Below are positions 10,998 through 20,565 of a stretch of 64,000 nt of DNA, in pieces. How positions within the stretch are numbered: the first letter of the stretch is position 1; every line of letters starts with the position of its first letter. Both the position numbers and the translations under genes were made by a program. The notes below the pieces were generated by a model. That model did not search any database. It was not told where the DNA came from and was given only the letters and a program-made list of their open reading frames with translations. Source of the DNA: an uncultured Chloroflexia bacterium (GTDB lineage Bacteria; Chloroflexota; Limnocylindria; Limnocylindrales; CSP1-4); the NCBI GenBank assembly GCA_963707215.1, contig CAVPPB010000003.1, positions 352,001 through 416,000 of the forward strand. Direction: 5' to 3'.

Positions 10998-12260
10998 CTA
11001 CCCTGCCGCTGCCACCTCGCGGAGCGCCGCGTCCAGCCGCTCGGCAAGCAGCCCGATCTCCTCCTGGGTGATGACGAAGGCCGGCGAGATGTGGATCGCA
11101 TGACCACGCAGCACGCGGGTCGCCAGCCCGAGGCCGAGCGCCGCCGCGACGACCCGCTCGGGCAGTCCGGGCTCGACGGCGAGGCGCTCCGGGTCGAGGG
11201 CGACCGCGGCCATGAGGCCGATCGCCCGGACTTCCGACACGAGCGGCGTGTCCCGAAGCCGGCCGACCTCCGTGGCCAGGACCGGCTCGAGCTCTCGCAC
11301 CCGGGCGACCAGGCCCTCCTGCTCGATGACGTCGAGGTTGGCCATCGCCACCGCGCAGGCCATCGAATGGCCCGAATACGTGTAGCCGTGGCGGAAGACC
11401 GCCCCGGGCACCGGCTCGTCCCAGAAGGGAGCCCGCACCCGCGGGCCGACGAGGACCCCGCCGAGCGGGGCGTACCCGGAGGTGACGCCCTTGGCGAAGG
11501 TGATCAGGTCCGGGTCGATCCCGAAGCGCTGGCTGCCGAACATCGCCCCGGCCCGCCCGAACCCGGTCACCACCTCGTCGGCGACCAGCAGCACGTCGTG
11601 CTCGCGGCAGAGCCGACCGATCGCCTCCCAGTAGCCGTCGGCCGGCGGGATGACCCCGCCGGCCCCGATGACCGGCTCGCCGAAGAACGCCGCGATCTCG
11701 CCCGCCCGCGCCTCGAACAGCGCCCGGACGGCGTCGACGTCGTTCGCCCCGACGTGCTCGACGTCCTCGACGAGCGCTGCGCCGTAACCGGTCCGCATGG
11801 CCGCCATGCCGCCCAGCTCGGTGCCGAACCAGTGCATCCCGTGGTAGGCATGCTCTCGAGCCACGATGACCCGCTTCTCGGGTCGTCCGAGGACGGCCCA
11901 GTAGCGCCGGACGAGCTTGGCCGCCGTGTCGATGGCGTCCGAGCCGCCCGACCCGAGGAAGACGACGGCATCGTCGATGGGGGCCATCACGGCGAGGCGC
12001 TCGGCGAGAGCGAGCGTCACGTCCGTGGTGTACGAGCCGAACGACGAGTACGCCGGGAGCGTCCGGATCTGGGCGGCAGCGGCGTCGGCCAGCTCGATCC
12101 GTCCGTAGCCGACGTTGCAGTACCAGAGGGCGGCGGTGGCATCGAGGTAGCGTCGGCCCTCGGTGTCCTCGATCCAGGCACCTTCGCCGCGGTGAACGAC
12201 CACCTCGGCATCCTTGACCTGGTGCATGTCGGCGAAGGGGTGCCAGAAGCGGGTCGGCAT
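10998..12260 (-). CDS. Class III PLP aminotransferase
   Basis: FWHPF, YLDATAALWYCNVG, ADEVVTGFGR, FAKGVTSGYAPLG. Confidence 0.9.
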   Translation of the reverse strand: MPTRFWHPFADMHQVKDAEVVVHRGEGAWIEDTEGRRYLDATAALWYCNVGYGRIELADAAAAQIRTLPAYSSFGSYTTDVTLALAERLAVMAPIDDAVVFLGSGGSDAIDTAAKLVRRYWAVLGRPEKRVIVAREHAYHGMHWFGTELGGMAAMRTGYGAALVEDVEHVGANDVDAVRALFEARAGEIAAFFGEPVIGAGGVIPPADGYWEAIGRLCREHDVLLVADEVVTGFGRAGAMFGSQRFGIDPDLITFAKGVTSGYAPLGGVLVGPRVRAPFWDEPVPGAVFRHGYTYSGHSMACAVAMANLDVIEQEGLVARVRELEPVLATEVGRLRDTPLVSEVRAIGLMAAVALDPERLAVEPGLPERVVAAALGLGLATRVLRGHAIHISPAFVITQEEIGLLAERLDAALREVAAAG

Positions 12261-12302
12261 CGGGGACCTCGAGAACGATCTGTCGGGATGTCGGTCGCTA
12301 GC

Positions 12303-12797
12303 CTAGCGGTCGGGATGCCCCCCCGCGGCCCGCGGCGACACGCCCTCCGGCTCGAGGCGGTAGAACGTCCCGACCGCCTCGATGTGGCCGTGGGCGAGGT
12401 GGTAGATCTCGCGCCCCCCGACCGGATGCTGGCGGAAGGTCGCGTGGATGGCCGCCGTGCGCTCGGGACCGGCCGCGAGGCGGGCCGCCCGGACGGCGAC
12501 CGGATCGAGACCCGGGCGCCGCACCTGGGCGGATCCGGCGGCCTCGAGGTTTCGGGTCCATTGGGCCGGTCCGTTGGGATGTCCGACGTACCAACGGCCC
12601 TCGAGCTCGAGAAGGCCGACGAGGACCGGGCGCGGCCGACCGGTCATCCTGCCAGGGACGATCAACTCGACCGTGTCCGCCAGTCCCGGCCGCCCGAGCC
12701 AGGCCCGGACCAGCGGGTCGGCGTAGCGGATCAGCCTGTACTGGATCCGGAACCAGATCGTCCAGAAGGCCGAGCGGCGTGGTCGCGGCTCAGCCAT
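12303..12797 (-). CDS. Deazaflavin(F420)-dependent nitroreductase/DUF385-like protein
   Basis: GRMTGRPR and WTRNLEAAG motifs; ATG overlaps the end of the upstream gene. Confidence 0.6.
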   Translation of the reverse strand: MAEPRPRRSAFWTIWFRIQYRLIRYADPLVRAWLGRPGLADTVELIVPGRMTGRPRPVLVGLLELEGRWYVGHPNGPAQWTRNLEAAGSAQVRRPGLDPVAVRAARLAAGPERTAAIHATFRQHPVGGREIYHLAHGHIEAVGTFYRLEPEGVSPRAAGGHPDR

Positions 12798-13848
12798 CGT
12801 CGGCGGATCCGTCCCGTGGCGGCGGCAGGGGCGAAGGCGGACGTGGCGGCCGCCCCCGGCTGTCGAGCGGCGGCGTCGGGACGGCCGGCCCCAGGGTCCG
12901 TCGCGGGCGAGCCAACGCCCGCGGATCGAGCCTCCGGGCCTGGGTCTCCGGGTCGGCGGCCGCCAGCTCCGCTCCCTCGGCAAGGAGGCGCATCCGTCGC
13001 TCGGCCTCCGCCCAGGGCAGGTCCGCCAGCGACCCGGCCGTCGCGAGGCCGACGCGATCGAGCCCTCGCCGGTTCGAGGCGGCCGCGTACTGGGCCGCCC
13101 AGACGAGCACCGGCGGATCGACCTGCCGCTCCGGTTCGCCTGGCACGACACCGCAGACGATGCCCCGATCGCCGGGCGCCTGGCGCACCAGCTTCCAGTT
13201 GTCCGGCCCTGCGATGAGGTCGACGAGGATGCTCGCGTAGGGTGCCTCGAAGACCGTGGCCGGCCCGGCGAGATCGGCGCTCCCGCCGGTGATCGCCAGC
13301 ATGACGTGGGCGCCGACCCCGTCCAGCAGGCGGCGCTGGGCCCCGGCGAACCGCCGCCGCTCTCGCTCGTCCTCGCCGACGAGCACGATGTCGGGTTCGT
13401 CGACCTGGACCAGCGGGCAGCCGGCCGTCTCGAGCGCCCGGATCTCGACATTGAGCGCTTCGGCCAGATCGTCGGGCAGGGAGCCGAGGTCGGCCGGATC
13501 GGGCGCCATGGCCCGCGCCAGCGAGTACGGGCCCGGCAGTCGGACCTTGGTCGAGCGTGGCGGGTCGAGCTCCCGGGCGGCCGACGCGGCGAGGCGCCAG
13601 GCGTCAACGAGGATCGGGCGCTCCCAGCGCGACCGCCCCGACGCCACGAGGCGTCCGTCTGCGGTCTCAAGGGCCCCGAGCGCCAGCGCGACCCGCCGGA
13701 GTGGGTCGCCCCACAGATCGCCGTCCCCAACGGGGTCGAGCCCGGCTCCTGCCTGGGCCCGTACGACGACCGCGATCGCCGCCGGGGGCGCTGACCCTGG
13801 GTCGAGATCCGTCGGTGTCGGCAGGCCGCCGTGGAGTGTCGCGAACAC
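12790..13848 (-). CDS. Cobalamin-independent methionine synthase (MetE C-terminal)-like protein, degenerate
   Basis: AQAGAGLDPVGDG, KVRLPGPYSLA, GCPLVQVDEP; Zn ligands appear absent. Confidence 0.65.
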   Translation of the reverse strand: MFATLHGGLPTPTDLDPGSAPPAAIAVVVRAQAGAGLDPVGDGDLWGDPLRRVALALGALETADGRLVASGRSRWERPILVDAWRLAASAARELDPPRSTKVRLPGPYSLARAMAPDPADLGSLPDDLAEALNVEIRALETAGCPLVQVDEPDIVLVGEDERERRRFAGAQRRLLDGVGAHVMLAITGGSADLAGPATVFEAPYASILVDLIAGPDNWKLVRQAPGDRGIVCGVVPGEPERQVDPPVLVWAAQYAAASNRRGLDRVGLATAGSLADLPWAEAERRMRLLAEGAELAAADPETQARRLDPRALARPRRTLGPAVPTPPLDSRGRPPRPPSPLPPPRDGSADDG

Positions 13849-13950
13849 AGGATGCCCTCGAGGAGGGGCCGTCGGCGACGACCCGACGCCCGGATGCTAC
13901 CCCGCCGACCCGAGGGCCGCGGTGTCCGAGGCTGCCGTTCAAGTGGGATC

Positions 13951-13991
13951 GGCCATCGTCGGAGGCCATCCGTCGGAGGCCATCCGTCGAA
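13951..13991 (+). promoter_or_regulatory. Three tandem 13-14-bp repeats forming a SigK-like promoter (CCATCC-N15-TCGAA)
   Basis: GGCCATCGTCGGA/GGCCATCCGTCGGA/GGCCATCCGTCGAA upstream of the SigK-like gene. Confidence 0.45.
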
Positions 13992-14113
13992 GAGGGTGCG
14001 TGGAGATGAACGCTGCCGCCCTCGCCGCCCATCCCGTCGGACTCTTCCCTTGGTCCGGGTATCATCGGGTCGTGGTCCCGTCCGGCCGGTCGGGTCCCAG
14101 CAGGGAGTCGAGG

Positions 14114-14740
14114 GTGGCCGAGCCGAAGCCTTCGCGCGAAGACACGCGGGTCCAGGATGCGGCCCTGCTCGCCCGCATCCGGGATCGCGACGAGCGGGCG
14201 ATGGAGGAGCTCTACCAGCGCTTCTCCGGCCCGCTGTACTCGCTCGCCTACCAGGTGACCGGGGCCGACCGCTTCGCCCAGGACGTCGTCCAGGAGGTGT
14301 TCATCGCCGTCTGGAAGGACGCCGGCCGCTTCGACCCGAACCGCGGAGCCCTGGCGCCCTGGCTGTTCTCGCTCGCCCGTCACAAGGCGATCGACCTGGT
14401 CCGGCGCGAAGCCAACGTCCGCAAGCGCACCGCGGACGTGGACCTCGCGTTCGAGGAGGCCCCCGACGACGTCCACCAGGAGGCCTGGCTCCGTCACCGC
14501 AGCGAGCGGGTCCGGGCCGCCATCACCACGCTGCCCGACGCCCAGCGAGAGGCCCTCGAACTGGCCTTCTTCGCGGGGCTCACGCACGTTGAGGTGGCCG
14601 AGCAGCTGGGGATCCCGCTGGGGACTGCCAAGACCAGGATCCGCACCGCCCTGCTGAAGCTGCGCGAGGAGCTGGGCACCTCGCTCTCCGAGACCGGCCT
14701 CGTGGAAGACCGATGGATCACGGAACCTTCGAGCAGCTAG
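14114..14740 (+). CDS. ECF sigma-70 factor, SigK-like
   Basis: AQDVVQEVFIAVW, FDPNRG, WLFSLARHKAID, LTHVEVAEQLGIPLGTAKTRIR. Confidence 0.9.
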   Translation: MAEPKPSREDTRVQDAALLARIRDRDERAMEELYQRFSGPLYSLAYQVTGADRFAQDVVQEVFIAVWKDAGRFDPNRGALAPWLFSLARHKAIDLVRREANVRKRTADVDLAFEEAPDDVHQEAWLRHRSERVRAAITTLPDAQREALELAFFAGLTHVEVAEQLGIPLGTAKTRIRTALLKLREELGTSLSETGLVEDRWITEPSSS

Positions 14741-15549
14741 CCGCGGGGGCGGTCCTCGACGACCTCGACCGGAGCGAGCGTCTCGCCTTCGAGGCGCACC
14801 GCATGGCCTGCGCCTCGTGCCGGTCACTGGTCGACGATCTCTTCGCGGTCAGCGCCGAGCTTTCCCTTGCCGCCCCCCAACGCCGCCCGCCGAATGGCCT
14901 TCACGACGCCGTGATGGCAGTGGCGGGCGCCGGAGCGGGCGCCATCGGCGGGGAGATCGCGGCCGGCGCCCGGAGGGACGCGCCGCGGGCGCAGAGCGAT
15001 CGTGCCGATCCGATCGACATCGCAGGCCTGCGCCGCGAGACCCGGCGCCTCCGGTTCCTCAATGCGGGCGCCCTCGCGGCCGCCGCCGTCCTCGCTGTCG
15101 CGGCCTTCGGCCTGGCGGTCCGGACGGCCGACCTGTCTGATCAGCTCACGGAGAGCCGCCAGTCCGCTGCCTTGGCCGGGGAGCGCGTGGAGATCCAGTC
15201 CGCGGCGATGGCCGTGGCCGTTGACCCGGCCCACGAGACCTGCACCCTCGAGTCGGAGCCCATGGCGGCCGGTGCCTCGGCCGTCTGCGTCTACCGCCCG
15301 GGCTCGCGCGAGAGCTACCTGATGGCGAGCGCTCTGCCACCGACCCCCGACGGCATGGTCTACCAGCTCTGGTACGCCGATGACGGTGGCGTGCACGCCC
15401 TGGGGACGTATGCCTACGACGGCCATGGCGCCTTCGTGGCGCCGTTCACCGTCGACCTCGCCAGCGCCTCGGCTGTCATGGTGACCCTCGAGCCCGAGGG
15501 CGGGGCGATCGACGAGCCGGGTCCCGAGGTCGTCTTCGGAGAGCTCTAG
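14713..15549 (+). CDS. Anti-sigma-K factor (RskA-like)
   Basis: ZAS motif HRMACASC, one TM helix, YQLWY, VTLEPEGG; overlaps the sigma gene. Confidence 0.85.
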   Translation: MDHGTFEQLAAGAVLDDLDRSERLAFEAHRMACASCRSLVDDLFAVSAELSLAAPQRRPPNGLHDAVMAVAGAGAGAIGGEIAAGARRDAPRAQSDRADPIDIAGLRRETRRLRFLNAGALAAAAVLAVAAFGLAVRTADLSDQLTESRQSAALAGERVEIQSAAMAVAVDPAHETCTLESEPMAAGASAVCVYRPGSRESYLMASALPPTPDGMVYQLWYADDGGVHALGTYAYDGHGAFVAPFTVDLASASAVMVTLEPEGGAIDEPGPEVVFGEL

Positions 15550-16889
15550 GCCGAGGAGCCTCCGGCCTGGTCGCCGGCCGGGACGTCGAGCCCCTCACCG
15601 GACCCGATGGCCAGGATCCCGTCGGGGCCTGTGCCACCGCGGGCCTCGGTGCCCACGATCAGTCCCGCCACGATCGCCACGACGAGGGCAGCCACGCCGA
15701 ACCACGGCAGCGCGCGCGCACCCACGGATGTCACCGAGCGGCTCGATCCGGGCGGTCCGCTCAGCCCCACCGACGTCGCCCGCTGGTCGGGCGGACGCTG
15801 CCATCGCGAGGCGAGCGTCCGGCCCTCGGGCGGGATCATGAGCCAGCCGAGCCACAAGCCGGCCACAAGCCCCCCGATGTGGGCCGCGTTGTCGACGAAG
15901 CCGGCGAAGAAGCCGAAGGCCAGGTTGATCAGGACGATGGGCACCAGCTGGCCCATGAGCGCTCGGCTGCGACGGTCGAGCAGCGGCGCGTGAGCCGCCC
16001 GGACGGCGATGAGGACGCCGAACATCCCGAAGACCGCCCCCGAGGCGCCCACCGACGGGGCGTCGCCTCCGAAGACGAAGCTGGCCGTGGATCCCCCGGC
16101 GGCGCACAGCAGGTACAGCAGCAGGAACCGCCAGGGCCCGTAGAGCCGCTCGACCACGGTTCCCGCCAGGTACAGGGCGTACATGTTGAAGAAGAGGTGC
16201 ATGAACCCGAAGATCGGGAACCCATGGACGAGCGTGACCGTGAACAGCCGCCAGTACTCGCCGTCGGCGACGGCCGCCTTGTCGAGCCAGAGCACCGGGT
16301 AGAGCGTCTCGTACGGCAGGATCCAGGCGACGGCGGTCACGCTCACCGTGATCGCGATGACGACCGTGACGAACGAGGCCAGGCCGGACTCGCCGCGGGA
16401 CCGGGCGAACCAGCGGCGGGCGCCGCGGGCGTCGCCGGTCTCCTTCGACAGCCAGCCGAGGCGACTGGCGATCTCGGCTCGGTCCTCCGGCGGTGCCAGC
16501 TTGTCCGCCTCGCGGTAGGCCGCCAGGGCACCGCGCAGGTCGTCGGACCGGACGCGCGCCGCGGCGAGGTTCCGCCAGGCGGGGTACGTCGCCGGGGTCC
16601 GCGGCAGCTTGACGACCGCCGTCCAGGCCTCGATCGCCGCACCCTCGTCGCCCAGCCGATCGAGCGCATCACCGGAGCCGAGCAGGCCCGCCGCGGTCAC
16701 GGCCACGTCAGCGTTGCCGACCACCCGGCGATAGCAGGCGAGGGCCGCGAGCGGTTCCCCCGCGTCCATGAGGTCGGCGCCCTGGTCGAGCAGTGCAGCT
16801 GCCTGGGCGACCGACAGGGGGCCTTGGATCGACGGATCGGGTGCGCGCTCGGGCGGCGCGCTCGGGCGCGGTCCAGCAGGGTCGTCCAT
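15546..16889 (-). CDS. Rhomboid intramembrane serine protease with N-terminal TPRs
   Basis: EYWRL, HLFFNM, GASG catalytic Ser, AHIGG catalytic His; TPR-like N-terminus. Confidence 0.88.
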   Translation of the reverse strand: MDDPAGPRPSAPPERAPDPSIQGPLSVAQAAALLDQGADLMDAGEPLAALACYRRVVGNADVAVTAAGLLGSGDALDRLGDEGAAIEAWTAVVKLPRTPATYPAWRNLAAARVRSDDLRGALAAYREADKLAPPEDRAEIASRLGWLSKETGDARGARRWFARSRGESGLASFVTVVIAITVSVTAVAWILPYETLYPVLWLDKAAVADGEYWRLFTVTLVHGFPIFGFMHLFFNMYALYLAGTVVERLYGPWRFLLLYLLCAAGGSTASFVFGGDAPSVGASGAVFGMFGVLIAVRAAHAPLLDRRSRALMGQLVPIVLINLAFGFFAGFVDNAAHIGGLVAGLWLGWLMIPPEGRTLASRWQRPPDQRATSVGLSGPPGSSRSVTSVGARALPWFGVAALVVAIVAGLIVGTEARGGTGPDGILAIGSGEGLDVPAGDQAGGSSA

Positions 16890-16990
16890 CGGGCCGGACT
16901 CTACTATGCTCGCTCGATGACCGCCCCCGCCCCCGCCTCGTGGCCTCGCCGGACCGAGGGACGGTCGTCCCACGGGCGGAGCGGCTGACG

Positions 16991-17665
16991 ATGTGCGGGC
17001 GCTTCGCCCAGCAGCGGCCGGCGGCCGAGCTGGCGGACCGGTTCGCCGCCGAGGTCCTGGTCGACGATCCGGGTCCCCGCTTCAACGTGGCCCCCACCGT
17101 CGACGCGCTCGTGGTGGTCCAACGCGACGACCGCCGGGCGGTGACGGCCTACCGTTGGGGACTCGTCCCGCACTGGGCGGACTCGCTGTCGGCCGGTGTC
17201 CGGGCCTTCAACGCCAGGGCCGAGACGGTGTCGACCAGCCCGATGTTCCGCGACGCCTTCCGGCGGCGGCGCTGCCTCGTTCCAGTGGACGCGTTCTACG
17301 AGTGGCGACGTGAGGGCAAGCTCCGCCTGCCCTACGCCATCCGCCGGCCGGACGGCGACGTGCTCGCCCTGGCCGGGCTCTGGTCGGGCTGGCGCGATCC
17401 CGAGACCGAGGAGGTCACCAGGACGTTCACGATCGTCACCACGGCCGCCAACGAGGCGATCGCCGAGCTCCACGACCGGATGCCCGTCATCCTCCCGGAG
17501 GAGGAGTGGGTCGCCTGGCTCGACCCGGCGGGCAACGAGTCGGGGCGGCTGCGGGCGCTGCTCGAGCCGCGCGACGACGTGCCGCTCGAGCTCTACGAAG
17601 TGAGTCGACGGGTCAACGACGCTCGCAACGAGGGCCCGGGTCTGCTCGAGCCGCTCCCCGGCTGA
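16991..17665 (+). CDS. SOS response-associated peptidase (SRAP/YedK/HMCES family)
   Basis: N-terminal MCGRF, RFNVAPT, FNARAET, FYEW, HDRMPVIL. Confidence 0.93.
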   Translation: MCGRFAQQRPAAELADRFAAEVLVDDPGPRFNVAPTVDALVVVQRDDRRAVTAYRWGLVPHWADSLSAGVRAFNARAETVSTSPMFRDAFRRRRCLVPVDAFYEWRREGKLRLPYAIRRPDGDVLALAGLWSGWRDPETEEVTRTFTIVTTAANEAIAELHDRMPVILPEEEWVAWLDPAGNESGRLRALLEPRDDVPLELYEVSRRVNDARNEGPGLLEPLPG

Positions 17666-17691
17666 CCGATCCGGCTCCGACCGCAGCCGGG

Positions 17692-18363
17692 TCAGCCGTC
17701 GCGCGCTGGTTCGACGCCTGCAGCGGCGACGGCCCCGCTGAGCGCGGCTTCGGGCTCCACGCCACGGTCGATCGCGGCCGCGAACGCGGCCACGACGCCG
17801 ACCAGGGCCCCGTCCGGATCAAGGTCCGCGGCGGCCAGCACGGTCGCTCCCTCCAGGCCGGGTGCGTCTGATCCGGACGCGGCGACGACGATGACGTGCG
17901 CACCGGCGTAGCGCGAGGCCTCGGCCACGATCCTGCCGGCGCTGGCCTCGAGGGGCTCGGCGACGACGATGGCGCGGAACTCCACGAGATACCGCAGCGC
18001 GAGCTCGATGTCGGCGGCGTCGAGCCAGAGGGCCGGATCGGAGCTCGGCGGGCCAGCGGTAACGGTCGCCTCGGGGGCAGGCACCGGGCCGAGTGGGTAG
18101 GACTCGGCCAGTTCGGCATCGGGAGCCTCGCCCAGGACGGGCGTCCGGGCAGCGGGCGGCCGGAGGACCGCCACGTGGGCCACTCCCTCACGAGCCAGGG
18201 CGAGTAGCAGCTCGTCGCCCTCGCGGTCGTCCCCGACCTTGCCGACGAGCTGGACGTCGGATCCAGCCCGGGCCGCCTCGACGGCGATCCGGCCGGGCAG
18301 CCCGGCCACCGCTCCGCCGCCCGGGCCGATGCGGAGCCAGGGGGTCCCGATGACGACGATCAC
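17692..18363 (-). CDS. PfkB-like (ribokinase fold) protein, degenerate
   Basis: VQLVGKVGDDREG signature 1; lacks the DTTGAGD signature 2. Confidence 0.55.
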   Translation of the reverse strand: MIVVIGTPWLRIGPGGGAVAGLPGRIAVEAARAGSDVQLVGKVGDDREGDELLLALAREGVAHVAVLRPPAARTPVLGEAPDAELAESYPLGPVPAPEATVTAGPPSSDPALWLDAADIELALRYLVEFRAIVVAEPLEASAGRIVAEASRYAGAHVIVVAASGSDAPGLEGATVLAAADLDPDGALVGVVAAFAAAIDRGVEPEAALSGAVAAAGVEPARDG

Positions 18364-18463
18364 GCGGGCAGCCTAGCACCCGCCGAGCCCGGGGCGGGTC
18401 GCCGGCCCGCCGGTGGAGACGCGGTCGACCAGAACCGGGTCGGACGATCGGAGGCCGGCCCGC

Positions 18464-19177
18464 TCAGTCGCTCTCGTCGGTCGGCTCGGGCGTGTCCGAC
18501 GGCTTCGGCGTGTCGTCCGGCTCGGGCGTGTCCGACGGCTCGGGCGTGTCGTCCGGGTCATCCGAACCGGTCGGCTGCGGAGTCGACGTGGGGCGCGGCG
18601 TCGTGGTCGGTCGAGGTGTGGCGGTCGGGGCGGCCGACTCGGTCGGGGCGGCCGACTCGGTCGGCTCGACCGATGGGCTCGGGGCCGGCGACGGGCTCGG
18701 CGACGGGCTCGGCGACGGGCTCAGGCTCGGGGCCGGCGACGGTGCCGGTGATGCGCTCGGCAAAGGCGTCGCGGTCGCGTCATCTCCGAGCAAGAGACCC
18801 GCGCCGACGGCGACCGTCCCCCCGACCAGCGACAGCCCGACGGCTACCGCAAGCAACAGTGCTCCCGACTGGGCGCGGACGGCAGCCGGCATGCTGCCGG
18901 AGAAGGCCGCTCGCCAGGCCTCCCGGACCGACACGAGGAGCCCACCGATGGAGCCGGCAGCCACGGCGCGGCCCGCCATAGCCACGGGCGTCGGCGTCGG
19001 CTCGGCGGCGATGGAGGCCATCACCCGGTCCGAGAAGCCGGCCGTCGGCAGCGGATCGTCGGCCGCCAGGCGCTCGAGCTCCCGGGCGATCCCCAGGGTC
19101 CCCGCGAGGTCGGCGTCGGAGGCTGCCACGTCCTCGATCTCGCGTGGCTCGAAGCGACCGGGTCGGGGTCCGGTCAT
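18464..19177 (-). CDS. Membrane-anchored putative anti-sigma factor with Pro/Ser/Thr-rich tail
   Basis: Translationally coupled to the ECF sigma gene; [13 protein letters not shown], a TM segment, (SP)n and DTPEPS repeats. Confidence 0.65.
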   Translation of the reverse strand: MTGPRPGRFEPREIEDVAASDADLAGTLGIARELERLAADDPLPTAGFSDRVMASIAAEPTPTPVAMAGRAVAAGSIGGLLVSVREAWRAAFSGSMPAAVRAQSGALLLAVAVGLSLVGGTVAVGAGLLLGDDATATPLPSASPAPSPAPSLSPSPSPSPSPSPAPSPSVEPTESAAPTESAAPTATPRPTTTPRPTSTPQPTGSDDPDDTPEPSDTPEPDDTPKPSDTPEPTDESD

Positions 19178-19812
19178 CGGAGCGTCTCCGTCGCCAGCTC
19201 GGCGCGCAGCCGGGCGAGACCCCGGTGGAGCTGGACCTTGACGGTGCCGAGCGGCCGGTCCAGGTGGCGGGAGATCTCGTCGAGGGAGAGCTCACCGAAG
19301 AAGCGGAGCGCGACCACCTCCCGGTACGGATCGCCGAGCGACACCACCGCGGCCCGAAGCCGCGCATCGCGCTCACCGGCGAGGGCTCGTCCGAGGGGGT
19401 CGTCGGATGGGCGGGCCGTCGTGAGGTGGGCCCGGTCGGGATCGTCGGCCAGTCGCTCGGGCTCGGACGGGTCGATCCAGGTCACCGCGCGACGACGACC
19501 AGCCGAGCGGATGGCCAGGCGGACCGCGATCCGGCTGAGCCAGGCCCCGAGCGGACCATCACCCCGCCAGGTACCCAGCGATCGGTATGCGTTCACGAAT
19601 GCTTCCTGGGCGACGTCCTCGGCCTCGTGGAGGTCCCCGAGGACCCGGTAGCAAGCCCGGATGATGTTGCGTGATTCGCGGTCCACGATGATGCGGAACG
19701 CATCGCGGTCGCCGCCCAGGACGGCCGCCACGACCGAGGCGTCGTCGGAGGACGCATCGAGGTCTCGAGGGGCGCTGGCGTCGCGACGGCGCTCGATCGT
19801 CGTGGCTCCCAT
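19174..19812 (-). CDS. ECF sigma-70 factor (SigW/SigE-like)
   Basis: [42 protein letters not shown]. Confidence 0.9.
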   Translation of the reverse strand: MGATTIERRRDASAPRDLDASSDDASVVAAVLGGDRDAFRIIVDRESRNIIRACYRVLGDLHEAEDVAQEAFVNAYRSLGTWRGDGPLGAWLSRIAVRLAIRSAGRRRAVTWIDPSEPERLADDPDRAHLTTARPSDDPLGRALAGERDARLRAAVVSLGDPYREVVALRFFGELSLDEISRHLDRPLGTVKVQLHRGLARLRAELATETLR

Positions 19813-19922
19813 GTGGTGCAGGTGGGACCGGTCATCGCCGGTGCTCCCTCCATGATGCCCGGGAGGACCCGGTGCGGACCAGCGCTCGCCGCCCGCACCG
19901 GGTCCCTGCCCGGTCGTGCCCG

Positions 19923-20402
19923 TCAGTCGTCGGATCCGTGGTCGTCGCCTGGCTCGTCGTCGGAGCCGCTGCCGCTCGAGTCGTCGTCCTCGTCGTCCTC
20001 GTCCTCGTCGTCCTCGTCCTCGTCGTCGTCGTCGGGCGAGGCCGTCGGGGAGGCACCGTCCTCGTCGTCGTCCGGCGAGGCCGTCGGGGAGGCTGTCGCG
20101 TCCGGGCTGTCGTCGCCCCCGGCGGGGCTCTCGGTCGGCTCGGGGCTCTCGCTGGCCTCGGGGCTCTCGGTCGGCTCGGCCGACTCGGTCGCCTCGGGGC
20201 TCTCGCTGGCCTCCGGGCTCTCGCTGGCCTCCGGGCTCTCGCTGGCCTCCGGGCTCTCGCTCGCCTCGGCCGGGGCCGCGCTGGCGGCCGGATCGTCACC
20301 GGTCGTGCGAAGGGCGTCGGCGGCGAAGGCGCCCCCGGCGATGATGAAGAGGCTGATGGCGGCGATGCCCAGCCCTCGGGTCAGACGCTGCGTTCGGTCC
20401 AT
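19923..20402 (-). CDS. Secreted acidic low-complexity repeat protein
   Basis: Signal peptide/TM followed by (EASESP)n and a D/E-rich tail. Confidence 0.7.
   Translation of the reverse strand: MDRTQRLTRGLGIAAISLFIIAGGAFAADALRTTGDDPAASAAPAEASESPEASESPEASESPEASESPEATESAEPTESPEASESPEPTESPAGGDDSPDATASPTASPDDDEDGASPTASPDDDDEDEDDEDEDDEDDDSSGSGSDDEPGDDHGSDD
20125..20268. repeat. Eight tandem 18-bp coding repeats (GGGCTCTCGCTGGCCTCC consensus)
   Basis: Directly visible; encodes EASESP/EPTESP units. Confidence 0.9.
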
Positions 20403-20565
20403 CGGTCGTTCTCGGTCCCCTGGCGGTGTGGTTCGTGGTCGGGCCGGAAGGACCCGTCACCAACCATGAGGCAGCCGCGCGCCAGAAGGTTTCAACCATG
20501 CTGGCTTGAGCTCGTCGGCGGGCCGGTCGACCGCGCGACCGGACCAGGCGACACCCGGACCCCGG

